A stretch of DNA of 53,687 nt from Clostridiaceae bacterium (GTDB taxonomy: Bacteria > Bacillota > Clostridia > Saccharofermentanales > DTU023). Below, in pieces: positions 29,010 through 36,463 of this stretch (position 1 is the stretch's first letter; each line of letters starts with the position of its first letter). The stretch covers positions 1-53,687 of the forward strand of contig JAAYRJ010000047.1 of NCBI GenBank assembly GCA_012518845.1, given 5' to 3'. The position numbers and the translations under genes were made by a program. The notes beneath the pieces were generated by a model. That model saw only the letters and a program-made list of their open reading frames with translations. It was not told the origin of the DNA and did not search any database.

Positions 29010-29068
29010 CATAAAGCATCAAATTTATAAAAAACAATGTATTAATAAAATTCTCAGGGGGAAAATTC

Positions 29069-29500
29069 ATGAAAACTTATGTAGCAAAACCTGCAGAAAT
29101 AGAGCGCAAATGGTATGTTGTCGATGTTGAGGACTTGGTTCTTGGTAGAGCAGCATCAGAAATTGCATCTATTTTACGTGGTAAGCATAAAGCAGAGTTT
29201 ACACCTTTTGTTGATACCGGTGATTTTGTTATAGTCATCAATGCAGAAAAGGTTAGATTAACAGGCAAAAAAGAAAATCAAAAATTATATCGTAGGCATA
29301 GCCAATATCCGGGTGGTTTAAAAGAAGTAACATATAAAGATATGCAAGCTAAATATCCTGAACGCATAATAAAATTGGCTGTAAAAGGCATGTTGCCTAA
29401 AAATTCTTTAGGTAAAAAAATGCTCAAAAAACTCAAGGTTTTTGCTGGTCCTGAACATACACATGAGGCACAACAACCAGAAGTATGGGAAATTAAGTAA
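29069..29500 (+). CDS. rplM: 50S ribosomal protein L13
   Basis: 143 aa. Shows [19 protein letters not shown]...LGR.AS.IA..LRGKHK..FTP, the canonical L13. Confidence 0.97.
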   Translation: MKTYVAKPAEIERKWYVVDVEDLVLGRAASEIASILRGKHKAEFTPFVDTGDFVIVINAEKVRLTGKKENQKLYRRHSQYPGGLKEVTYKDMQAKYPERIIKLAVKGMLPKNSLGKKMLKKLKVFAGPEHTHEAQQPEVWEIK

Positions 29501-29511
29501 GGAGAACAGAT

Positions 29512-29910
29512 ATGGCAAACAAAGATTTTTATTATGGAACAGGTCGTCGTAAAAAAGCAATTGCCCGTGTTCGTTTATATCCTGGACAAGGCAAAATAAC
29601 AATAAATAACAAAGACTTTGATGATTATTTTAATCTTGCAACTTTGCGTTACATTGTTAGACAACCATTAGAGGAAACTGGTGCCTCTGACAAATTTGAC
29701 ATTATTGTAAATGTTCATGGTGGAGGTATTTCTGGTCAAGCAGGTGCAGTTCGTCATGGTATCTCCAGAGCTTTAGTCGAAGCAGATAGTGAAGCATATA
29801 AATCTACATTAAAGAAAGCTGGATTCTTGACTCGTGATTCAAGAGTTAAAGAACGTAAAAAATACGGACTCAGGAAAGCACGTAAAGCTGGTCAATACTC
29901 AAAACGTTAA
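29512..29910 (+). CDS. rpsI: 30S ribosomal protein S9
   Basis: 132 aa. Shows [37 protein letters not shown] and a C-terminal RKARKA.QYSKR. Confidence 0.97.
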   Translation: MANKDFYYGTGRRKKAIARVRLYPGQGKITINNKDFDDYFNLATLRYIVRQPLEETGASDKFDIIVNVHGGGISGQAGAVRHGISRALVEADSEAYKSTLKKAGFLTRDSRVKERKKYGLRKARKAGQYSKR

Positions 29911-29937
29911 TTTATTTTATCTTAAATGTTTTAAAAG

Positions 29938-29962
29938 GCCTCCGAGTGTGGAGGCTTTTTTT
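29938..29962 (+). terminator. Rho-independent terminator after rpsI
   Basis: GCCTCC (29938-29943) pairs with GGAGGC (29950-29955), followed by TTTTTTT. Confidence 0.85.
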
Positions 29963-29988
29963 AAGAAAAATTTAGTAGAGCTATATAA

Positions 29989-30489
29989 ATGGAAAACTCA
30001 ACTTTTCAAGAAAAAAAATATCTTCTTAACTCACTTGAACAAACTTATGCTTTTGGTGAAGCATTAGGTAAAATTCTAAAACCAAATGATGTATTAGCAT
30101 TAAAAGGTGATCTTGGAACAGGCAAAACGACTTTAACACATGGTATAGCTTTAGGTCTTGGAATTAATACTCCAATTTCAAGCCCTACCTTTACACTTTT
30201 GTTTGAACATACTTCAAGTGAGAGACAAATTCCTTTATACCATTTTGATGCTTATAGACTAGAAGATGAATACGAGTGGTATGATGCAGGCTTTATGGAT
30301 TATCTACATAATGATGGAGTTTCCATAATTGAATGGGCGGATCGGATTGAAGCCGCATTACCCAAAGAGACGATATGGCTTTCTCTGCGAACAAATATTG
30401 TTGAGCCTAACCACAGAAAAGTTGAACTAAAAATTCCCGACACAAGAAATTTTGCTTGGCAAAATTTGTTAGATTGGGAAATTAATTAA
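29989..30489 (+). CDS. tsaE: tRNA threonylcarbamoyladenosine (t6A) biosynthesis ATPase TsaE
   Basis: 166 aa. P-loop LKGDLGTGKTTL, SPTFTL, YHFDAYRL and IEW, typical of TsaE/YjeE. Confidence 0.85.
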   Translation: MENSTFQEKKYLLNSLEQTYAFGEALGKILKPNDVLALKGDLGTGKTTLTHGIALGLGINTPISSPTFTLLFEHTSSERQIPLYHFDAYRLEDEYEWYDAGFMDYLHNDGVSIIEWADRIEAALPKETIWLSLRTNIVEPNHRKVELKIPDTRNFAWQNLLDWEIN

Positions 30490-30509
30490 GAAAATAATTG
30501 GAGTCACTA

Positions 30510-31262
30510 ATGACAGATAAGGAATGCCCAATCACTCAAGATTTCTATATGTTAGCCTTTGATACTTCAGGCAAAAGCTTATCAATCGCTATCTTAAAAG
30601 AAGAAAAATTATTAGTAGAAAAATTTTTAAATATCAATCATCAGCATTCTATTAATTTTCTACCAGCATTAGAACAAGTGATGAAAATGGTAGAGCTTGA
30701 ATATAGTCAACTTTCTGCTATAGCTACAACCATTGGTCCAGGTTCGTTTACAGGTATTAGGATTGGCATTTCAACAGCGAATACAATGGCATTTGATCTA
30801 GACATACCAGTTATTGGTGTTTCTTCCTTAAGAGCGTTGGCTGAACCATTTATTAGTACAGAAAAATATTTATTACCTGCCTTTGATGCAAGAGGTGGTA
30901 GGGTCTATGCAGCCCTTTACAAAGATGGTAAAGAAATTATTGCAGATCGCCAATTTGTTGAAACTGATTTACCAAACACTTTGAGCAAAAGGGAATTGAA
31001 AGATAAGCCTTTGCTTCTAATTGGTGATGGTAGTGATACTTCCAAAACATTATTACAAGATGCTGGTTTTAATCAACTCAAGCAACTAAAAAATACTGAT
31101 AGAATCAATCAAATTTCTGCTGAGGCGGTAGCCAGAATTGCAATAGAAAAAATTAAAGCAAAACCAACAATCTTAGAAAATAAGTATCGACAACCGATAA
31201 CAGCAAATTACTGTGCCATTACACAAGCCGAAAGAAATTTAAAGAAATTAAAAGAAGTGTAG
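30510..31262 (+). CDS. tsaB: tRNA t6A biosynthesis protein TsaB
   Basis: Core MLAFDTSGKSLSIAIL..., GPGSFTGIRIG.S.A, a Kae1/TsaD-like fold without metal ligands. The track ORF opens at TTG 30498. ATG 30510 follows GGAG (30500-30503). Confidence 0.8.
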   Translation: MTDKECPITQDFYMLAFDTSGKSLSIAILKEEKLLVEKFLNINHQHSINFLPALEQVMKMVELEYSQLSAIATTIGPGSFTGIRIGISTANTMAFDLDIPVIGVSSLRALAEPFISTEKYLLPAFDARGGRVYAALYKDGKEIIADRQFVETDLPNTLSKRELKDKPLLLIGDGSDTSKTLLQDAGFNQLKQLKNTDRINQISAEAVARIAIEKIKAKPTILENKYRQPITANYCAITQAERNLKKLKEV

Positions 31263-31301
31263 TTTGTGTAGACAGTAACGGGATAAATATCAAAGCAAAA
31301 A

Positions 31302-31613
31302 TTATAAAACTGCTACTAGAATCGTTGCAACACCAATAATTGTTGTGATCATAAGTCCAATCATCCACCTTCTTGAGGTTATGAATTCTTGCTGCAACTG
31401 ATCAAAACGCTTGTCTTGTCGTGCTTCAAGTGCTTCAATTGCCTGATAAATTTTTTGATGCTCAGCGGTCATCATCTTTTTTAAATCCTCTAGAGCTTTC
31501 TCTAAACGTGTCATGCGAGCTTCTAAATCTTTTATAGCTTGATTGGCTTTAAAGTTTATTAAATCATTGTTCCTGATTACTTCGATCAGATTAATATTAT
31601 TTTCTTGAGTCAT
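31302..31613 (-). CDS. Small coiled-coil, C-terminally membrane-anchored protein (XhlA-like architecture)
   Basis: 103 aa. Heptad-rich DLEARMTRLEKALEDLKKMMTAEHQKIYQAIEALEARQDKRFDQLQQE, then a single TM WMIGLMITTIIGVATILVAVL at the extreme C-terminus. The function is not recognised with any certainty. Confidence 0.4.
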   Translation of the reverse strand: MTQENNINLIEVIRNNDLINFKANQAIKDLEARMTRLEKALEDLKKMMTAEHQKIYQAIEALEARQDKRFDQLQQEFITSRRWMIGLMITTIIGVATILVAVL

Positions 31614-31963
31614 ATTTCACCTCTTTAAGTTATTTTTTCGAAAACATGAGATGAAATAAGATAAAATTATTTTATGAATTTCTTTAAGTAATTATACACA
31701 ATTCATTGATTAATTTAAATATAAAGATCAAATTATTTTTAGTTACTTATCATGAAAAGCAAAACACTCTCTAAGAAAAATAATTTTTATAACTATGTTT
31801 TTCTTGTATAATTAGCAGTAATTTACCAGTTGGATTAATTATTGAAAAAACAAAGTAGTTGTTGTAGATGATTTTACAATTCTCTTACTATTTGTTGTAA
31901 TAGCTTTATTGATTTTAATATCTTTGAGAAACTATTATTTGATCAATAATGTAAGGTATACAG

Positions 31964-32851
31964 ATGAGCAAAACAAAGAAAACAAAAAATAAGAGGGCAC
32001 AAAGAATATTAATTTTCTTTGTTTTTTTAATAGGATTAGCTATATTTAGCTATCCACTATTTTCACGTTGGTATTACCAAATTGATGCAAATCAAGAAGT
32101 TTTAGATTTTAGAACCGAACAAAGCAAATTAGATGAAGTCGAGATCGAAGAACGTTTAGCTTTAGCACAAGCATATAATGATTCTTTAGTCAATTATGTG
32201 GCAGCAGATCCATATGAAAAAGAACGTCTGGATCAAGGTCTGGCCGAATACGCACGCATGCTAGAATTACATGAAAAAATAGGTATTGTGGAAATTCCCT
32301 CTATTAGTGTTAATCTCCCAGTTTATGCCGGCACATCTGAAATAGTTTTACAAAAAGGTGTGGGCCATCTTGAAGGAACTTCTTTACCAATAGGTGGCAA
32401 AAGTTCTCATACAGTTTTGACAGCTCATTCTGGTTTGCCTGAGGCCAAACTATTTAGTGAGTTAGAAAAAATGGAAATTGGTGACATTTTTTATATACAT
32501 AATTTAGGTATGACTTTAGCTTATGAAGTAGATAATATCTTAGTTATTGAACCATCAAATTTTGAAGACTTATTAATTGTTCAGAATCAGGATTATGCGA
32601 CTCTTCTAACTTGTACACCTATAATGATAAATTCACATCGTTTAATAGTCAGAGGACATCGAATAGCGTTTGATGCTGGTGTGCGTGATGATTTGATAGA
32701 TTCCAGCAAAAATGAATTACTAATACGTCGCTTACTAACAGTAGCTCTAATCTTAATTGTAATTTTCTTAATCTTAATATATCGTGAACGAAAAACACAT
32801 AAAAAATTAATCACTAAGCTAAATAAAATCAATAATAGTCGTGATATATAG
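31964..32851 (+). CDS. Class C (pilin-polymerising) sortase
   Basis: 295 aa. N-terminal TM, AQAYN, lid-like DPY, IPSISVNLPVYAGTS, catalytic His in VLTAHSGLP, Cys in ATLLTCTP, Arg in LIVRGHRI, and a C-terminal TM. Confidence 0.9.
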   Translation: MSKTKKTKNKRAQRILIFFVFLIGLAIFSYPLFSRWYYQIDANQEVLDFRTEQSKLDEVEIEERLALAQAYNDSLVNYVAADPYEKERLDQGLAEYARMLELHEKIGIVEIPSISVNLPVYAGTSEIVLQKGVGHLEGTSLPIGGKSSHTVLTAHSGLPEAKLFSELEKMEIGDIFYIHNLGMTLAYEVDNILVIEPSNFEDLLIVQNQDYATLLTCTPIMINSHRLIVRGHRIAFDAGVRDDLIDSSKNELLIRRLLTVALILIVIFLILIYRERKTHKKLITKLNKINNSRDI

Positions 32852-34184
32852 GTTAATTATGCAGCAGGAAGATACAACAAACATAAAAAAAGCCAAGCAT
32901 TATCGCGTCTTAAAAAGAATAGCCTTGATTTTGATAATGGTATTTTTGATGTCTCCATTATTTTTTCATTTAATGTATCGAGAGTATCAAGATGAACAAA
33001 TCAAAAACTTTGAAGTTGATGTTAACGCCATGCCGGATTATGAAACAGAAGAACGGATGCGTTTAGCGAGAGCATACAATGCCAATTTACCTGAACAGAA
33101 TGATCGTGGTTTTAGCTTAGTGGGCAATCTCTTTGGTATTTTAGAAATACCAGCTTTGGATTTAGTTTTACCCATTTATTTAGACGAACAAACGGCAGAA
33201 TTTACCTATGAACCACCATCTCTCATAGATACAGAAGATTGGATAAGTCAGCGCCCAACTAGAACTAATCCAACAATTGAAGCCAGTGAGGGCGAACAAA
33301 TAGATACTACTTTCAAAATTACACAATCCGTAGAAATTCCTACTACTAGTCAAGCAACAACAAGCCAAACAGAGACAACAGCTTCTAGTGAACAAACTGA
33401 GACAATAGCTCCTAGTGAACAAACAGAGACTGAACCGACCAGTACAGCATCTGAAACAACCCAAACTCAAGCAACAGAAAGTAGCACTATAGCAGAAACC
33501 GAAACAACAATTGAAGCAACGACAGAAAAATTGACTGAGACAGAAATAACTCAATCAGCAGAAGCAAAAGTTACCTCAGATATCTGGCAAGCTATCGATG
33601 ATTTTTTTTCTGGTGACAGATTAGCCACCAAATTTAGCACTTGGTATGAAAATCAAGCCCATCAGCTATTTTCAGATAAAGGTGTTTATCATCATAAGGG
33701 TAGTTTTGTTCCTGATGGCGGTGAGAATCAACCACTTGTCTTATTTGGTAATCAGGGCAATATTGTTATGCCAGAGCTATTTCGTTTAGAAAAGCTACCA
33801 AAAAACAGTAATATTTTACTACACACTTTTAACTCAACCATAAATTACCAAGTTAAAGCAATCAACAAAAATAAAGTTGACCAAACTGAATTAGTAATTA
33901 CTGATTCACCCCATGATTTACAAATTATTGCTCAATCCAAAACAACTAATACCATTGTAGAGGCTGCTAGGGTTGAGACTAGGGAGGCTAATATGAATGA
34001 AATATTAAGTAATCCGACAGTTTTCATTTTACTCTTGCCTGTTATCTTAGTATTAATTGGAATTTTCATCTATCAAAGGATAACCAACAAAAAATTAGAA
34101 AATCGAATTAAAGAAATTGAACGCAAGGTGCAAGAACAAGCTAAAGAAGACAATCGTTCTCAGGCAAATAGTGAAAAAAACTAA
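32841..34184 (+). CDS. Sortase C-like paralog lacking catalytic His and Cys, with a Thr/Glu/Ser/Gln-rich insertion (pseudo-sortase)
   Basis: 447 aa, colinear with the preceding sortase: N-terminal TM, ARAYNANL, ILEIPALDLVLPIY, KGVYHHKGSFVPDGG (versus KGVGHLEGTSLPIGG). TAHSG is replaced by FGNQG and LLTCTP by IIAQSK. A ~130-aa low-complexity insert (about aa 125-255) interrupts it. C-terminal TM VFILLLPVILVLIGIFIY. It overlaps the upstream sortase by 11 nt. An alternative ATG lies at 32859. Confidence 0.65.
   Translation: MIYRLIMQQEDTTNIKKAKHYRVLKRIALILIMVFLMSPLFFHLMYREYQDEQIKNFEVDVNAMPDYETEERMRLARAYNANLPEQNDRGFSLVGNLFGILEIPALDLVLPIYLDEQTAEFTYEPPSLIDTEDWISQRPTRTNPTIEASEGEQIDTTFKITQSVEIPTTSQATTSQTETTASSEQTETIAPSEQTETEPTSTASETTQTQATESSTIAETETTIEATTEKLTETEITQSAEAKVTSDIWQAIDDFFSGDRLATKFSTWYENQAHQLFSDKGVYHHKGSFVPDGGENQPLVLFGNQGNIVMPELFRLEKLPKNSNILLHTFNSTINYQVKAINKNKVDQTELVITDSPHDLQIIAQSKTTNTIVEAARVETREANMNEILSNPTVFILLLPVILVLIGIFIYQRITNKKLENRIKEIERKVQEQAKEDNRSQANSEKN
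33381..33434 (+). repeat. Imperfect 27-nt tandem duplication inside the low-complexity insert of the pseudo-sortase
   Basis: GCTTCTAGTGAACAAACTGAGACAATA followed by GCTCCTAGTGAACAAACAGAGACTGAA: 22 of 27 identical, encoding ASSEQTETI/APSEQTETE. Confidence 0.7.
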
Positions 34185-34285
34185 GCTCAAACTAGCAAAA
34201 TTTAAAGTTACAAATATTAAAGTTTTATTAGAAATTTGTTATAATGGACCACAGACGTATTATTTTTCTAAAGAGGAGGATATGT

Positions 34286-34750
34286 GTGCAATTAAATATT
34301 ACTACCGATTATGCAATTCGTTCTGTTTTGTTTTTAGCTTTGAGGGATGAAATTGTTAAGAGTCAAGAAATTGCAAATTATGCAAATTCATCACCTAATT
34401 ATATTTTTAAGATCCTAAGAAAGCTAGTCGATGCTGGCTATGTTAAAGAACATCGTGGTGTTAAAGGTGGATATAAATTGATAGTATCCCCAGCACAGCT
34501 AACACTCTGGGATATAATTGAACTTATGGAGCCAAAGACCCATATTAATCGTTGTGTAGAAGATTCAGAATTTTGTTTTAGATCGAAGTCAGAACGTTGT
34601 CGTGTTCATGCCATTTATCTTGATTTACAAAATAGAATAGAAAACTTTTTCAAGAGTTATTCGATCCAACGGATAATAGATGAACAAGCCCAAGTAAGCG
34701 TAGAATTTATAGAAGAGGTAACTAAAATAAGCGTCAAAGCTTGTTCTTGA
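34286..34750 (+). CDS. Rrf2-family transcriptional regulator with a three-cysteine (probable Fe-S) motif
   Basis: A GTG start at 34286, 6 nt after AGAGGAGGA, gives MQLNITTDYAIRSVLFLA, the typical Rrf2 N-terminus. The wHTH is SQEIANYANSSPNYIFKILRKLVDAGYV..HRGVKGGY. Cys cluster CVEDSEFCFRSKSERC. The track ORF opens upstream at 34244. Confidence 0.8.
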   Translation: MQLNITTDYAIRSVLFLALRDEIVKSQEIANYANSSPNYIFKILRKLVDAGYVKEHRGVKGGYKLIVSPAQLTLWDIIELMEPKTHINRCVEDSEFCFRSKSERCRVHAIYLDLQNRIENFFKSYSIQRIIDEQAQVSVEFIEEVTKISVKACS

Positions 34751-34844
34751 TAGACATTAAACAAAAAATCTTTAGCAAAGAATTTTCAAATAATAGGTTG
34801 AAAAAACTTTTCTAAAGGCTAGTTTGTCAAGAAGTTATAGATAG

Positions 34845-35507
34845 ATGTTAAAATTATGGTACGAAACGGCAATGGATACAGAACTCAATGTTGAGACAAT
34901 TCCGTTGCGTGAATGGCAAGATCAAGCCAAAAGAAAACATTATAATCGGACCGAATCTACACCTTATCAAGCAATTGATGAATTGTTTGAATATTATCAA
35001 ATGCCTCACAATGCCAATTTTGTTGACTTTGGCTGCGGGACTGGTAGAATAGCTTTTTATGTGCACAATCGTTTTAATGTTCCTGTTACGGGAGTCGAAT
35101 TGAATCCTCTAACATATAAAGACTTACAAAAAAATCTCAAGACATATAATAAGCGTGATCTTACATCTGATGACAGGTCAGATTACATAAACCCACAAAA
35201 TAAGATTGCACCCATTAACTTTTTTTTAGAATATGCAGAAGAGTTTCAGATACAAAAAGAGCACAATGTTTTTTATTTTTTTAATCCGTTTTCAACCCCT
35301 ATCTTTGAAGCTGTCATCAACAACATTAAAAAATCACTAAAAAAACATCCACGTCAAGTGGATATAATCTTATACTATCCTTTATACGAAGTTCAATCAT
35401 TATTAGAGAAACAAACAATTTTCAAACGTCTAGGTACATTATATTTAGATGAAATTTACGAAGATGAATTTGAAAAGTTTCTTGTTTACAGATACATGGT
35501 AGACTAA
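34845..35507 (+). CDS. Class I SAM-dependent methyltransferase, substrate unknown
   Basis: 220 aa. Motif I FVDFGCGTGRIAFYV, motif II-like TGVELN, post-I acidic residue. Confidence 0.65.
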   Translation: MLKLWYETAMDTELNVETIPLREWQDQAKRKHYNRTESTPYQAIDELFEYYQMPHNANFVDFGCGTGRIAFYVHNRFNVPVTGVELNPLTYKDLQKNLKTYNKRDLTSDDRSDYINPQNKIAPINFFLEYAEEFQIQKEHNVFYFFNPFSTPIFEAVINNIKKSLKKHPRQVDIILYYPLYEVQSLLEKQTIFKRLGTLYLDEIYEDEFEKFLVYRYMVD

Positions 35508-35574
35508 AACAAAGTCTTGAGTTACAATAGACTGATTCCAATAAATCACAAAAAATATATAGCTAACATCAATT

Positions 35575-35835
35575 ATGGATACAAATAATTTAAAAAAATT
35601 ATCACGTAAAGATTTGTTGGAGCTTTTGCTTGAACAAATGAAAGAAAATCAAGAACTTAAGCAACAATTAGAAGTCGCTCAAAATGAGCTCAAGAGACGA
35701 GAAATCATTGTTAGCAAAAAGGGTACATTGGCGGAAGCAGCCTTAGAAATTGTAGAAATTTTTGAAAAAGCGGATGAGGCAGCTCAAATTTATTTAGAAA
35801 ATGTTAAGCATAACGAATTTAATGATGATAACTAG
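35575..35835 (+). CDS. Small coiled-coil hypothetical protein
   Basis: 86 aa. LSRKDLLELLLEQMKENQELKQQLEVAQNELKRREI then GTLAEAALEIVEIFEKADEAAQIYLENV. No TM or signal peptide. It ends 11 nt before the signal peptidase gene. Confidence 0.4.
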   Translation: MDTNNLKKLSRKDLLELLLEQMKENQELKQQLEVAQNELKRREIIVSKKGTLAEAALEIVEIFEKADEAAQIYLENVKHNEFNDDN

Positions 35836-35846
35836 GAAGCGATAAT

Positions 35847-36437
35847 TTGGGATCTAAAGCTAGCACAAAGAATATAACGCCAGAAATCGATCAAGTTGAG
35901 CAAGAATTAGAAAAAGAAATAGAAAAAAAGAGATTTCGCAAAGCCTTAAGATCAACGATATTTTCATTAATTACAGTTGCGGCTATTGCAGTAATTATTT
36001 CTGTCTTTTTTCTACCGGTGTTACGTCTTTACGGGAGTTCAATGACCCCAGGTCTTAATGATGGTGATATTGTGATCGCTTTAAAAAAACAAGAATATGA
36101 GGCAGGCGAAGTAGTAGGACTTTACTATGGCAACAAGCTTTTAGTAAAAAGAATTATTGCAGGTCCAGGTGACAAAGTCGACATAGACGAAGTAGGCAAT
36201 GTCTATGTCAACAATGAATTATTAGTAGAAGATTATTTAGACGAAAAAAATTATGGCGAAGTCACAATAGATTTACCTTACCAAGTACCAGAAAATAGAT
36301 GGTTTGTGATGGGAGATCATCGATCAACTTCCATTGATTCAAGGAACAGGACGGTAGGAACCATTTCAAATGATCAGATTGTAGGCACTTTAATTTTTAG
36401 AATTTGGCCCTTGGATTCACTCGGTAAAATTGAATAA
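35847..36437 (+). CDS. Type I signal peptidase (LepB/SipS family), pilus-locus associated
   Basis: 196 aa, TTG start. N-terminal TM IFSLITVAAIAVIISVFFL, box B with Ser (YGSSMTPGL), box D with Lys (LLVKRIIAGPGD), box E (FVMGDHRSTSIDSR). Confidence 0.85.
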   Translation: MGSKASTKNITPEIDQVEQELEKEIEKKRFRKALRSTIFSLITVAAIAVIISVFFLPVLRLYGSSMTPGLNDGDIVIALKKQEYEAGEVVGLYYGNKLLVKRIIAGPGDKVDIDEVGNVYVNNELLVEDYLDEKNYGEVTIDLPYQVPENRWFVMGDHRSTSIDSRNRTVGTISNDQIVGTLIFRIWPLDSLGKIE

Positions 36438-36463
36438 GATAACTATTTTTACAAATTTTATAT

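Noticed and set aside
29834-30067. 77-aa ORF bridging the end of rpsI and the start of tsaE
   Set aside because: It reads through the rpsI terminator hairpin (29938-29962) and overlaps two well-supported genes in other frames.
33180-33554. 124-aa antisense ORF opposite the pseudo-sortase insert
   Set aside because: Same low-complexity effect: a Cys/Phe/Leu-rich nonsense translation entirely within the repeat-like T/E/Q coding region.
34117-34350. 77-aa ORF overlapping the end of the pseudo-sortase and the start of the Rrf2 gene
   Set aside because: The strong RBS AGAGGAGGA serves the in-frame GTG at 34286 of the Rrf2 gene, giving a canonical MQLNITTDYAIR start. The ATG at 34282 sits too close to that RBS and belongs to the 34117-34350 frame, which is still open there and stops at 34350.
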